A stretch of DNA of 64,000 bases from the IMG/VR virus record IMGVR_UViG_3300025606_000003, positions 32,001 through 96,000 of that record. One strand, 5' to 3'. This DNA is from a virus (Duplodnaviria > Caudoviricetes). The notes beneath the pieces were generated by a model. It made no database searches and was not told the DNA's origin. It saw nothing but the letters and a program-made list of their open reading frames with translations. The position numbers were made by a program, and so were the translations under genes. Of this stretch, positions 18,368-28,160 are shown piece by piece; position 1 is the first letter of the stretch; each line of letters starts with the position of its first letter.

Positions 18368-20242
18368 TTATGGGCGCCATCCGCTTGTGGCGCCCGTTAC
18401 GCCAAACTGTTCGCCGCGAGCCAGCGCCGGCACAAAACTGCTGCCAGATGTGTCGCTAACTCCGCCGTGGTGTACGCTGTCGAGCAGGCCCTTTTGCTGG
18501 TAAGACCCGAGCATCCGCGTCATCCAGTCCTGGTCGTTTGAAATGTTACTCATGCCGCGAACCATTTCCGGCTGAAACGGCGGCGGCGTCCGGTGCGCTT
18601 CGATGTTATTGATTCCGTACTTCTGCAACGTATCGGTCACATTTTTGCCGATTTTTGTTCCAACAGAATAGTGCAGCACTGGGCGCTCTAAGTAATGCCC
18701 CGCCAGACTTTTTGGCGCGCCGGTCACGCTACCCGGCCGCGGCTGCCAATTTCGTTCAACCATCGAATACGGCACGATATCGTCGGGGTTGTAATCACCG
18801 TACTCGTCGGTCATTCGCACGTGGTTTACAAGCCCGCGCGCCAGCAGCTCGATATTGCGCCGCTGCGGCGTAATTCCTGAGTTCTGCATAACCTGCCGCA
18901 TAGCTGACACAAAATAGCGGCGCCCTTCGCCAACGCCCTTGTGCCGCACTATTTCGGCCGGACTGGGCATACCGTCTGACAGCACGTCGCCGGCTTCCAG
19001 CGAATCGCCTTTCTTCACGATGACTTGCCGGTCGGCCGGCACGTAATGGTCTTGGCTGTTGACCTGCACGTAAAACCCGCCCTGGGGCGCTGGTCGGATT
19101 TCTTGTACGTGCCCGTCAAACTGCGCATGTGTCGCGCCGTCCGGATATGTTTTCGGTACCTGCACAAGCGCATTGATCGCCTTAAAACCGGCGATTGAAC
19201 CGGCGCCGCCGACGCCGCCGGAGTGCTTAGAGCTAATCTGCGCCTGCGTCACGGGCTCACCTAACGCCTGCGCGGCCGCGATACCAACGTAATCGCCGAC
19301 AGGTGGTAATTTTCCTTTTTCCCGATAACCAACGTCACGCGCAAATACGCCGCCATCATCCGGGCCGCCCACCGTCGGACTGCGCACGAGAATATCTTTC
19401 ATGCCCATTTCTTTGATGTCGCGAAGAATCTTCGGCGTCAGCATCGTGTTGCGCTTGTACGGGCCGACCGGGCGCGCTAGCAGCGCGCCCTCGTTGTCAG
19501 AGTCGTCGACATCGGTCGGAAAGCCTCGGTCAACAGCGCCAGCTGCGCGCTCTTCGTCGTCATCGTCATCAGATGTAACTAGCAGCCGGTGCGTCATCTG
19601 TGAAAGCTGCTTGCTGAAAAACCCAGCGTCGGCGGTCGCTGTTTTTAGATCCATGACACCTTTACGCGTGCCGAAGGCGCCGGCGAAATATTCAACGGGC
19701 CGGAGCCCCTGACCGTAGCCGTGCAGCACCGGAATCGGAATCGGGTCGTTCTTGTGGTCGACATACTGCATGTCGGCCCCAATCAGCGAATTCAGGCTGA
19801 ACTTGTTGCCCTTGCCAACGCCGATGACCTGGTGCGCCAACGGGTTATCAAAACCTTTTGCTTCGTCGTAAACTTCGTTGACGAGCGAGCGCTGCGTGTC
19901 GCCGGCCAGCTTTAAAATTTTCAGTGTGCGCGCTTTTTCATCCAAGCTGCTGTCTGACAGAATTCCGCGCAGCTGCTGGTTAACTCTGTGTCGCGCGTTC
20001 TGGACCGCCACGGTGGCTTTGATATCTTTGAGACCGAACGACAAGCCGTTGGTGGTATAGCTGGCTTCGCGCCCCACGTCGTGCAACCGCTTCATCACGT
20101 CGCGGTATTTCTCGGGATATTTTTCAGCCAGCGTTGTCGCGAGCTGGGCCATATCTTTTTTTGTCAGCACGCGCTCGTAGTTGCGTAAGTCTTCTGGCAA
20201 CGCGGCGTTAATGAGTACTTGGCCGAGCGTAGTTTTCAGCAT
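18368..20242 (-). CDS. rpoC: DNA-directed RNA polymerase beta' subunit, C-terminal half
   Basis: TTLGQ start; GLRPVEYF..AFGTRKG...TADAGFFSKQL (bridge helix); GDYVGIAAAQALGEPVTQ..SKHSGG (trigger loop); RNIELLAR. Confidence 0.9.
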   Translation of the reverse strand: MLKTTLGQVLINAALPEDLRNYERVLTKKDMAQLATTLAEKYPEKYRDVMKRLHDVGREASYTTNGLSFGLKDIKATVAVQNARHRVNQQLRGILSDSSLDEKARTLKILKLAGDTQRSLVNEVYDEAKGFDNPLAHQVIGVGKGNKFSLNSLIGADMQYVDHKNDPIPIPVLHGYGQGLRPVEYFAGAFGTRKGVMDLKTATADAGFFSKQLSQMTHRLLVTSDDDDDEERAAGAVDRGFPTDVDDSDNEGALLARPVGPYKRNTMLTPKILRDIKEMGMKDILVRSPTVGGPDDGGVFARDVGYREKGKLPPVGDYVGIAAAQALGEPVTQAQISSKHSGGVGGAGSIAGFKAINALVQVPKTYPDGATHAQFDGHVQEIRPAPQGGFYVQVNSQDHYVPADRQVIVKKGDSLEAGDVLSDGMPSPAEIVRHKGVGEGRRYFVSAMRQVMQNSGITPQRRNIELLARGLVNHVRMTDEYGDYNPDDIVPYSMVERNWQPRPGSVTGAPKSLAGHYLERPVLHYSVGTKIGKNVTDTLQKYGINNIEAHRTPPPFQPEMVRGMSNISNDQDWMTRMLGSYQQKGLLDSVHHGGVSDTSGSSFVPALARGEQFGVTGATSGWRP

Positions 20243-20243
20243 G

Positions 20244-20483
20244 TTACGGCGTCCAAATCAGATTTTGCATCGGCTTTGGCTGTACTTCTGTAACTGCTAC
20301 GGTTTTGTTGACGCCCGCGGCCCGCAACAGCGCATGAAAGTCTTTTTCTCGGGCGTCGGCATACACGATCGATTCGTCAAGCTGCAGCGCTACAAAAATA
20401 GGGTTGCCCAGCGCGTCCTCGATGACGACGCTGTGCGCTGACTGTTCATGCGGCTGTAGGTTGTGCTGCAGTTTAACGCGCAC
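20244..20483 (-). CDS. Small hypothetical protein between the RNAP genes
   Basis: 79 aa, SD aggag, abuts rpoC-C. Confidence 0.55.
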   Translation of the reverse strand: MRVKLQHNLQPHEQSAHSVVIEDALGNPIFVALQLDESIVYADAREKDFHALLRAAGVNKTVAVTEVQPKPMQNLIWTP

Positions 20484-21156
20484 GCCCCAAGCTCCTGCGC
20501 AAAACAGACAACGCCGCAGCCTTCAACTGCAGCTCAGACGGCGCATCAGGATCGGGCAGCTCGGCGGTAACTTGCTCCCACCACGCCTGCTTGCCAGCGT
20601 TCGGGTCCATTGGCATTTGACTCGGATCCTGGGGGCCACCCGGCGGCATTGGGCCGCCCGGCGGCTGCGGACCGCCAGCGGCATTCGGGTCTTGTGGGGG
20701 CGGCGGCGCCATAGGGCCACCAGGCAGCGCCGACTCGGCCGGCGGTGCGCCGTTAGAGCCTGGCGGCAGCACTAACGTAGCAGGGTCTACCTGCACGCCC
20801 ATCGCGTTCATGATCGCCGTGAGTTGCTGTTGCATGTTATACAGCCGGAAATCGATCATCTGCATCATTTGCTCGGGCTTCATCTTCTGCCCTTGCGCGG
20901 CGCCGGGCGGCGCAGCGGGCGCCGGAGCCGGCATCGGAGCGGGAGCCGGCGGCATCGCAGCAGCGCCGGCGCCGGTCGGATCTTGAGCAGCTGGCGGCGG
21001 TGCGGCACCCATAGCAGCTTGCGCCGGATCGACCGGCGGCGCAGCGCCCATTTGGGATGGATCCGGCTGCATGCCCATCATCGCAGCTTCAGACGGCACC
21101 ACAGCCGACTTTTCGAACGTGGCGCGGGCCATCTTCATCAATTCACGATTGACCAT
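20473..21156 (-). CDS. Pro/Met/Gln-rich low-complexity protein
   Basis: 227 aa, SD ggaggt; MKMAR, EKSAV, GKQAW, LKAAA. Confidence 0.6.
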   Translation of the reverse strand: MVNRELMKMARATFEKSAVVPSEAAMMGMQPDPSQMGAAPPVDPAQAAMGAAPPPAAQDPTGAGAAAMPPAPAPMPAPAPAAPPGAAQGQKMKPEQMMQMIDFRLYNMQQQLTAIMNAMGVQVDPATLVLPPGSNGAPPAESALPGGPMAPPPPQDPNAAGGPQPPGGPMPPGGPQDPSQMPMDPNAGKQAWWEQVTAELPDPDAPSELQLKAAALSVLRRSLGRAR

Positions 21157-21174
21157 GGACGTAAACCTCCGTGT

Positions 21175-24100
21175 TTAACTTTCGACGATGTGCACCGGGG
21201 AGTCGACGTCAAGTTCGCCCCGGCGGTAAGCGTTAATTGCGTCCTGCGTGCTGCGATATACCCTGGGCTTAGCTTTTTTATCGATGCGGCTCGAGGCAAG
21301 ATACACACCGGTCTGATAGTCCGCGTTCGGCACGTAATGCGCCTTGAAGTTGGATGTTGCAAAAAGGTTTTTGCTGGGAAGCATCTTTTCGACTGCTTCT
21401 TTTGCAGCGTCTTCTGTGCTGGGAACGTGATATTGCATCGCGTCTCCGTCAAAGTCGGCACCAAAACCTTTTGTAATGACCGGATTAACCTCCATGACCT
21501 TGTTTTTTGTAAGCTTTGGATAGAACGCCATCATACCGTATCGGTGCAGAACCGGCGCACGGTTGATAACGATAGGCCGAGACGACATCTGGGTCTCCAG
21601 CTCTGCCATCGCCTGTTTATTGCGGTCTTCGACAGCCTGCAGCGCCTGCATGCGCGGTAACCCGCGGCGCACTAGCCCGCGCACAACAAACGGCTTGTAA
21701 ACGGCCCAGGCCTTGTCTTCGGGCAGCGCGACCTCGTCCATGTTCAGGTCTGGGTTCGGCGTGATCACCGCCCGGCCCACAAGGTCAACCGTGGTGCTGA
21801 GCAACTTACGCTGCACGGTGCCGTATTTGGGCGAAGAGCCAAAAATATGGGACAAGAAGCCTTTCACGCGGCGTTCCTGGTTTTTTGGCTGCGTCGGATC
21901 GCCGAGCCCGGTCACGGCTTTCATAGTGTCGTACAGCGCCAGCCGTTCGTCGCCATAGCTTTCAAGCGCACCAGATGCCTCTTTCAAAGTGCTGTTGGCG
22001 TCCAGCAGTTCTTTGTAGAGATAGTTCGCATCGGCAACCAGGGGCAGTTTTTTATTACCCATTGTGCTGACCGGCCGGAAGAGCGGCGGCAGGACGGGCA
22101 TTTTTGTCAGCATCCAATCTTTGGGATGCACGCCGGTCTGCTCTGCGTTCTTCAAGTATCCCAACTTGCGCACCGCAGCGTCGCGCAGGGTCTTCCGGCC
22201 GGACTTGATATCTTCGCGCACCTGCTCGAGCATTTTTGGCAGGTTAATCCGAGATAGCGCGTTTTGAATCGCTTTGGGCCCAGTCTCGTCGTGGATCTTG
22301 GCTTCGCCTGCGAGCACGTTCCGGTACTCTTTTTCAGTCAGCCCAAGCACGCGACGAATAGGCTCTTCCATGACCGGATTCGGCATCGGTTCGTGCAAAG
22401 ATATCTTTGCCCACCGGTTGCCGCCGTGGCCGCCCGTAAGTTTTTCGTCGAAGAGGCCGCCAGCAATCGGCTTCAATCGGCCCTTCCAGTCGACGGTTTC
22501 AGAATTCTCGATTTCGCGACCGCCCGCCATGTCATCGACGTCTTTGTCGGTCAACGCCATGATGTGCGTCTGGCTGCCAGTGCGCACGGTGTTAATACCG
22601 GCGCCCTTCAGCTGGTTAACGAACTTTTCGTAGACGTGTGGCACCTTGGGCAACGGCGGAGTGTATCCGGCCATAAATTGCGACCAGTACTCTGGGTTTG
22701 CTTGGCCGCGCACCATCTTGGCGTCCCGGATTACTTTTCCAGCGCCGTGCGACAGTAACGCGCCAAGATCCAACATTCCGACGCGTTTAGCACCTTCGCT
22801 GCCGCCCTTGGCCGGAGTGCCTTCGGCTGTGTAACTACCCATCGCGCGGCCTTGCCCTTTGCCTTCGGCCGTGTGGTGCAGCTTCATAAAGAACCGGGAA
22901 CCGGTCAGCACGCCTTTGATCTTACGACCGGTTTCCGGATCAACTACGTCCTCGGTATCAGAGAGGCCGTGCTTCCCAAGCTCTTTTTGAGCGAAATCAA
23001 CAAGATCAACACTGCCGTCAAAGTCTTTGAGTTTGAACGGCTGACCCGTTTTGGCTGCAACTTTTCCAAGCGCGGCCTCGATCACCTGCGCGGGATTCAC
23101 GCGGCTGATAAGTCCAAGCGGGCTGACCAGCACTTCATACGGACTGCCGTCTTTATCGTGCGGCATCTGATGGTCAGGCACAATATCGGCAACAACGCCT
23201 TTGTCGCCGTATCGCCCGGTCAGCTTATCGCCAACCTGCATTTCCGCCTGTGTTTTTACGACGACCTGCACACCCTTGTTGGTATGCGCAACGTCGGTCA
23301 CGATACCGGGCGAATGATGATCCCAGGTTTCCGACTCGTTTGAGAAGTTGCCGGCACGCCCGCGGTGCACTTTGCCGTACGTTGTTTCTTTGGCCTTGGC
23401 GTGCAGGATTAGCGGATCACCGAACTGCACAACGGCGCCCTTCTTGATCGCGCCTTTGTCGTCAAAGTTATCAAGCTGCTTTTTGTCGTACTCGCCGGGA
23501 AACAACGCAATAAATGCTTTCTTGCCAGCGTGGCTCGAGTCTGTCCATTCGGCGGCATGCTGATACATGTGCTCGCTGGTCAGCTTGCGCGCTGTGCTTT
23601 GACTGATCACAACCGCGTCTTCGTAGTTCTTGCCGTGATACGGCAAATACGCCACGCGCAAATTTTTACCCAGCGCTGCAGAACCGGCCGGATCTGTAAA
23701 GTTTGAGTGCGCCAGCAGCTGCCCCGGTTGAATAACGTCGCCAGGCTGCACCGTCGGTGTTTGATGCCAAAACGTTTTCCGATTGAACGGGTGCTCGTTA
23801 TACAGATCAATATCGTGTTTGTTGCCGTCGCGATCGCGCAGCACCATTTTGCCAGGTTCAGTTGAAACAACTTGCCCGTGAAATTGCGCGCGTACAGCGC
23901 CCAGCTGCTCGCCCATTTCATCTTCGTGCGACGTGCCGTCTTTGCCGATAATAGCTGACTGCACGTGTGGCGCTTCAGGTCCAACCAGCGGCAGCGCTTG
24001 CGTGAACATGCGGCTCGCCATGATCACGCGGTGGCCCTTCATGTAAGACTTCATCGGCACCATGTTAGACAGCGCCGAAAACGTGTTGTCCATGTGCGGC

Positions 24101-26583
24101 AGGCTGTACTGTACTTGCTCGCGCGGCATGTACTTCATCTTGCCGTTGACCATCGCGGCAATCATGGGCAGCGTGCTTTTTTCTTCGCCCGGAAACGCCA
24201 GCGGCAATTCAGCCAGCTCGCCGGGTGTTTTGTACGTTGTCTCGCCTGTGCGCGTGTCAATTACGGGTGTGTAGATTTTGCCATCAGCGCCTTTGCGCGC
24301 GCCACGAGCAAAGCGCATGTCGACACCGACTTTTCCGCTGTTGCCGCACCAAAAACCGCAGCCGCCTTTTCGGCGCACGTAAAGCAGGCCGCCGGGCACG
24401 GTCGCGCAATACACCAGGCCGTCGTACTGTTGCCGGAAATAATGGCATTCGCCCTTGGGCGTATTCGGCAGCACTTGATGGCTAGTCTGTTTGTGTACGT
24501 GCACGACCCAGCAGCCGCCGACCGCTGCGTGAGGGCGCTTGTCGCGCTCGAACACGACTTTGCATGAATAACCCAGCCCAAAAGCCAGCCGCTCAAAATC
24601 AAGCGCGAGCTGGTGGCTGGCAGTGCAAAAACAAGTTCTTTCGCCGCGCTTGTTCTTGCGCCCTTCACTTTTCATCAGCGCGTCAAACAACCGAAAGCGG
24701 GCAGAAACCGGCGCATCCAAGAACTCTTCTGGGATCCAGCGGCCCGGGCTGCCGTGGAATTGCTTGAAATACGCCGCAACTTGTTTTGTCGCGATCGAAA
24801 ACGCCTTGCCGTGATAACCCCACTTAAACGGCAAGCGGCTCAACAACGCGCGGATTTGGTCGCAGTTTTCCGGATTGTGCTTTTGGCACTGCGTGATCTT
24901 AATCTGAAATTGCGACTTCTCCGGGCGATACACGCAGCTGCCCTCGCCCAAATACCAGCCGAGCAGTTCTGCCCAATCGTCCAACAAAACGTTGCCGACG
25001 ACAACCCGGTTATTGCTCTCGTAAACCGGCGCCGGAATGCTAAACACGGCGGCAGAAACGCCGCTGTACGGGTCAAAACCGGCAGAAAGAACACCGCGAA
25101 ACTTCAAGTGTGTCGTTTCGGCGGATTCGATTTTGTACGGCGCGCCTTCGTAAAGCGAGCGCACATACATCCGGTGATTCGGCGTCACAAGATAGTTAAT
25201 CTTGCCGGTAGCAGCGCCGTACATTTCGCCGACGTAGCGCGATTCGTGCAACTTTTCTGCCTTGTGGAACTCGAGCTGCCCGGCGACCAGGCAGGCAAAC
25301 TCGTCTCGCTCGGTGACGTCTGGCCACTTTTTCCAGCCACCGCGCGTCATAACCTCGGTTTGACTGTCGTAGCACTCGGGCGTGCGCAAGAAATCCACAA
25401 AACCAAGATGACTCGGCTGTACGCTGCGCGATTCTTGCGGCACGGCGTCAAGCGACCCGATGCCGCCTTCGCCCATGCGGGTCACGCGGGATTGATGATC
25501 GAAAATCTCGGCCGGATTGATTTCTTCAAGCGAGCTGCCCAACCCAGAGCCAATCAACGCAGCGCTGATGCCCTTGTTGAACACGCCAGTCGGAAGCCGA
25601 TCAAGATTTTTCTTGGCGGTTGCTTTCCAGAGAATCTGCCGCAACGTCTGCCGATCTTTTGTAAACCGCTCGGCGATCAAATCTTCCGGACCCACAACAG
25701 ATTGGTACGCCATGGCGTCGCGATCGTCCGGGTCGGCTTCTTTGCGATTGAGCGCGATGAGCTTCTTAGTGATCGCCAGAATTGCGTCCGGCGTAAGATT
25801 TTTGTATTCAGCGCCGAGCGTGCGCCGCGTGACATCTGGATCCATTTCCATGCGCGCAAATTCGTCGGCGATGGCTTTTTGTTTGCCGGCCGCGTCAATG
25901 CCCGGCACTGGTTTGTACACAAGTCGCTGGTACAGTTTGTCTAACGTGCCCGCGTCGCCTTTCTGCATATTGACGGCTGTAATGTCGTTGCCCCACGCAG
26001 CACGAATATCCTGATCGTGCGCGCCCATGGCTTTCAACAATGGCAACAGCGGAATTTTGGCCTGCCCAATATTGATGTTGAGCACGCCGGTTTTTGGATC
26101 CAAAAAGTAACGGTGCATGCGTCCTTTGCCAGGAAGCACATTGACGTGGGCTTCCAGCTCGCCGTTATCTTTTTCACGGGTGTAGACGCCGGGCTTCAGC
26201 CGCATCTGGTGTGCCAGCGTGTATTCAACACCGCGGTTCACAAACGTGCCAGAATCCGTGAGATACGGCACATGCGCCAGTGTTGTTTGCCGGCGGGCGA
26301 TTGGCTGGCCCGTCACATTGTCGGTAAGCGACCACGTGCCGGTCATACGCCGGTGCATAGAGTTACCGGTCAAAATAGCCGTCTTTTGATCAGCCTTGGT
26401 AAAACGCTCCGGCCCCGTGTACTTCACATCATGAAGCTGGAGCGTATAGAGATCGTTTTTAACCGGCTCAAGCGACGACGCACTGCGGAGCGCGCTGTCA
26501 AAGATGTTGTTACGCAGCGAACTGATGTCGCCAAACGCGCGCATTTGCGGCGCCGGAGAACCTGGAAGCATCGAGTCTGGCAT
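21175..26583 (-). CDS. rpoB: RNA polymerase beta subunit fused to the catalytic beta' N-terminal half, intein-containing
   Basis: Beta motifs GTFVNRGVE, RTPE/SGKVG, GKNYEDA, GDKLTGRYGDKG, MKLHH, PHVYEKFVNQLKGAGIN; then beta' motifs GGLFD, PKDWMLTKMPVLPP, NRAPVLH, GADFDGD (DFDGD at 21442-21456). Confidence 0.92.
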   Translation of the reverse strand: MPDSMLPGSPAPQMRAFGDISSLRNNIFDSALRSASSLEPVKNDLYTLQLHDVKYTGPERFTKADQKTAILTGNSMHRRMTGTWSLTDNVTGQPIARRQTTLAHVPYLTDSGTFVNRGVEYTLAHQMRLKPGVYTREKDNGELEAHVNVLPGKGRMHRYFLDPKTGVLNINIGQAKIPLLPLLKAMGAHDQDIRAAWGNDITAVNMQKGDAGTLDKLYQRLVYKPVPGIDAAGKQKAIADEFARMEMDPDVTRRTLGAEYKNLTPDAILAITKKLIALNRKEADPDDRDAMAYQSVVGPEDLIAERFTKDRQTLRQILWKATAKKNLDRLPTGVFNKGISAALIGSGLGSSLEEINPAEIFDHQSRVTRMGEGGIGSLDAVPQESRSVQPSHLGFVDFLRTPECYDSQTEVMTRGGWKKWPDVTERDEFACLVAGQLEFHKAEKLHESRYVGEMYGAATGKINYLVTPNHRMYVRSLYEGAPYKIESAETTHLKFRGVLSAGFDPYSGVSAAVFSIPAPVYESNNRVVVGNVLLDDWAELLGWYLGEGSCVYRPEKSQFQIKITQCQKHNPENCDQIRALLSRLPFKWGYHGKAFSIATKQVAAYFKQFHGSPGRWIPEEFLDAPVSARFRLFDALMKSEGRKNKRGERTCFCTASHQLALDFERLAFGLGYSCKVVFERDKRPHAAVGGCWVVHVHKQTSHQVLPNTPKGECHYFRQQYDGLVYCATVPGGLLYVRRKGGCGFWCGNSGKVGVDMRFARGARKGADGKIYTPVIDTRTGETTYKTPGELAELPLAFPGEEKSTLPMIAAMVNGKMKYMPREQVQYSLPHMDNTFSALSNMVPMKSYMKGHRVIMASRMFTQALPLVGPEAPHVQSAIIGKDGTSHEDEMGEQLGAVRAQFHGQVVSTEPGKMVLRDRDGNKHDIDLYNEHPFNRKTFWHQTPTVQPGDVIQPGQLLAHSNFTDPAGSAALGKNLRVAYLPYHGKNYEDAVVISQSTARKLTSEHMYQHAAEWTDSSHAGKKAFIALFPGEYDKKQLDNFDDKGAIKKGAVVQFGDPLILHAKAKETTYGKVHRGRAGNFSNESETWDHHSPGIVTDVAHTNKGVQVVVKTQAEMQVGDKLTGRYGDKGVVADIVPDHQMPHDKDGSPYEVLVSPLGLISRVNPAQVIEAALGKVAAKTGQPFKLKDFDGSVDLVDFAQKELGKHGLSDTEDVVDPETGRKIKGVLTGSRFFMKLHHTAEGKGQGRAMGSYTAEGTPAKGGSEGAKRVGMLDLGALLSHGAGKVIRDAKMVRGQANPEYWSQFMAGYTPPLPKVPHVYEKFVNQLKGAGINTVRTGSQTHIMALTDKDVDDMAGGREIENSETVDWKGRLKPIAGGLFDEKLTGGHGGNRWAKISLHEPMPNPVMEEPIRRVLGLTEKEYRNVLAGEAKIHDETGPKAIQNALSRINLPKMLEQVREDIKSGRKTLRDAAVRKLGYLKNAEQTGVHPKDWMLTKMPVLPPLFRPVSTMGNKKLPLVADANYLYKELLDANSTLKEASGALESYGDERLALYDTMKAVTGLGDPTQPKNQERRVKGFLSHIFGSSPKYGTVQRKLLSTTVDLVGRAVITPNPDLNMDEVALPEDKAWAVYKPFVVRGLVRRGLPRMQALQAVEDRNKQAMAELETQMSSRPIVINRAPVLHRYGMMAFYPKLTKNKVMEVNPVITKGFGADFDGDAMQYHVPSTEDAAKEAVEKMLPSKNLFATSNFKAHYVPNADYQTGVYLASSRIDKKAKPRVYRSTQDAINAYRRGELDVDSPVHIVES
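24340..25374 (-). mobile_element. Intein with LAGLIDADG-type homing endonuclease (345 aa)
   Basis: Starts CYDSQTEV after RTPE; TPNHRM block B; LLGWYLGEG and LFDALMKSEG; VYCATVP block F; ends WCGN|S. Removal restores TPESGKVG. Confidence 0.9.
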
Positions 26584-26588
26584 GTCGA

Positions 26589-27422
26589 TTACTCATGTGT
26601 CGGCTGCGTGGCCATCTGCTTAATCTGCGCCAGCTGATCGGGATCAACGTACACGTCAGGCAATCCGCGCATCCGCGCTCGGCTAGCCCGCGCCTTCGCA
26701 ACGTTTTCGCCGCGCGTGCGCTCTGCTGTGCGATCGTACATGTACTTTCCGCCAACACCGGCAGCGGCAAGAGACGCCAGTACTTGCGTCGTCGCGACGC
26801 CGTGCGGCACGGTGTTGGTCAAAAAGTTCCACGGCACGCTGAGCACGTCTGTAATGCTCGGCGCGGCCCACTTTTCATATACGGCGTCAAGCGCGGCCGC
26901 AGACTTGTCTTGTCCGCTGAGAATGGCGTAATAGCGCTGGCGTTCTTTTTCAACCTCATCCTTGGCTTCTTGCTTGTCTTTGTGCTTCACAATGGAATTG
27001 ACCAGCGCCCCACCACCTAAAACGCCGCCGCCCAAAGCGCCAAAATTCATCGCCGTACCGAAAGCGTCCCGATACAGGTTGGGCATATACGAGCCAAGTT
27101 CGTCGCCCGACCGCAACCCAACCGGGCTAAAGATCGTGTCGGAAATACGCCCCGGAACAGAGCCAATCAAACTGGCGATATTGTTGTAAACGTTTTCAGT
27201 AGTTGAGCTAGCCGTCTTGACGTCTGGGGCCGCAAGCGTGGGTGCACCCGGGGCAAAATCCTGATAGCTAGTTTCTTTCTTGTTGGCCGGCTTCAACGCT
27301 CGAATAAGCTGCCACAGCGCCATACCGCCGACGCCGACACCAGCGCCGGTCGCCAGGTTTGTCAAAACCTGTTTGCCTAATGCGGCCTCGTCAAACGCAG
27401 CTGTTTTGTTTGCTGTAGTCAT
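26589..27422 (-). CDS. Putative internal virion protein with glycine-zipper hydrophobic segments
   Basis: About 277 aa from ATG 27422; NKTAA, VKTAS, DKSAA, EKWAA; GAGVGVGG and GALGGGVLGGG. Confidence 0.6.
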   Translation of the reverse strand: MTTANKTAAFDEAALGKQVLTNLATGAGVGVGGMALWQLIRALKPANKKETSYQDFAPGAPTLAAPDVKTASSTTENVYNNIASLIGSVPGRISDTIFSPVGLRSGDELGSYMPNLYRDAFGTAMNFGALGGGVLGGGALVNSIVKHKDKQEAKDEVEKERQRYYAILSGQDKSAAALDAVYEKWAAPSITDVLSVPWNFLTNTVPHGVATTQVLASLAAAGVGGKYMYDRTAERTRGENVAKARASRARMRGLPDVYVDPDQLAQIKQMATQPTHE

Positions 27423-27427
27423 AGTTG

Positions 27428-27775
27428 TCACTTTGGCGGCAGCATTCCGTACACCTGAAACCATTCCAGCCAGGCGCGGTAATGTTTTTTTTCTTCATCC
27501 CAGTTGTCATTACGACGCACAAGCCTGTACCAGCCATTGACTATTTTATCATTCACGTCGTCAAACTCGGCTTTTTGGGCGTCGTCCCAAAGCTCAAACA
27601 TTTTTGACTTAAAGTCCAGCCGAAGATCGAGATTATCAAGCTCGGCCTGCTTGAGATCGGGCTGGGGGCCCGGGCGTTTCAGCACAGGGAAGCCGTCTGG
27701 CGTACCGGGCCAATTCAACTGCGCGCCGCCGTGCGCCGGGCCGCCTAATTCACCGTAGTACTTGTGCATGCTCAT
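27428..27775 (-). CDS. Hypothetical protein
   Basis: 115 aa, globular-looking. Confidence 0.6.
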   Translation of the reverse strand: MSMHKYYGELGGPAHGGAQLNWPGTPDGFPVLKRPGPQPDLKQAELDNLDLRLDFKSKMFELWDDAQKAEFDDVNDKIVNGWYRLVRRNDNWDEEKKHYRAWLEWFQVYGMLPPK

Positions 27776-27785
27776 AATTTACGCC

Positions 27786-28160
27786 TTACATGGCAGATCG
27801 GTACTGCTTCGACTTCCTGTGCGCTTGCAGCCGGTCGGCGTAAACGCGGTACGTGTGCGCCAGCTCTTGAGCTTTCACCTGATCTTCGTCAATTTTTGGC
27901 TCGAGCATCTTTGCCGCACCCCAACCCCCCGCGGCGCCGGCAGTTAAACCTCCAGCGACGGGCAACCAGTACAGCGCGTTCATTGCGGACGGCGCAAATT
28001 TACTGGTAGTACTCATCGCAGCCCGTAGTGTTGCCAACGCCGTAAGCGGATTGACAGCGACTTTTTCAAGCCGGGCTGTTAACTGGTCGCCTGTAAGGCG
28101 CTCTTCCGCACACCGAGTCAAAAAACCTAACTTGAAAGCTTCTTTAGCGGCGTCAGACAT
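27786..28160 (-). CDS. Putative virion protein with hydrophobic Gly-rich segment
   Basis: 124 aa; AFKLGF, LEKVA, GGLTAGAAGGWG. Confidence 0.6.
   Translation of the reverse strand: MSDAAKEAFKLGFLTRCAEERLTGDQLTARLEKVAVNPLTALATLRAAMSTTSKFAPSAMNALYWLPVAGGLTAGAAGGWGAAKMLEPKIDEDQVKAQELAHTYRVYADRLQAHRKSKQYRSAM

Noticed and set aside
18368-26583. Host chromosomal rpoBC operon
   Set aside because: Highly divergent, differently split, lacks ribosomal-protein neighbours and sits among phage head genes.
27261-27270. ctgatagcta copy of the terminator box
   Set aside because: Inside a coding region, shorter match, no adjacent hairpin.
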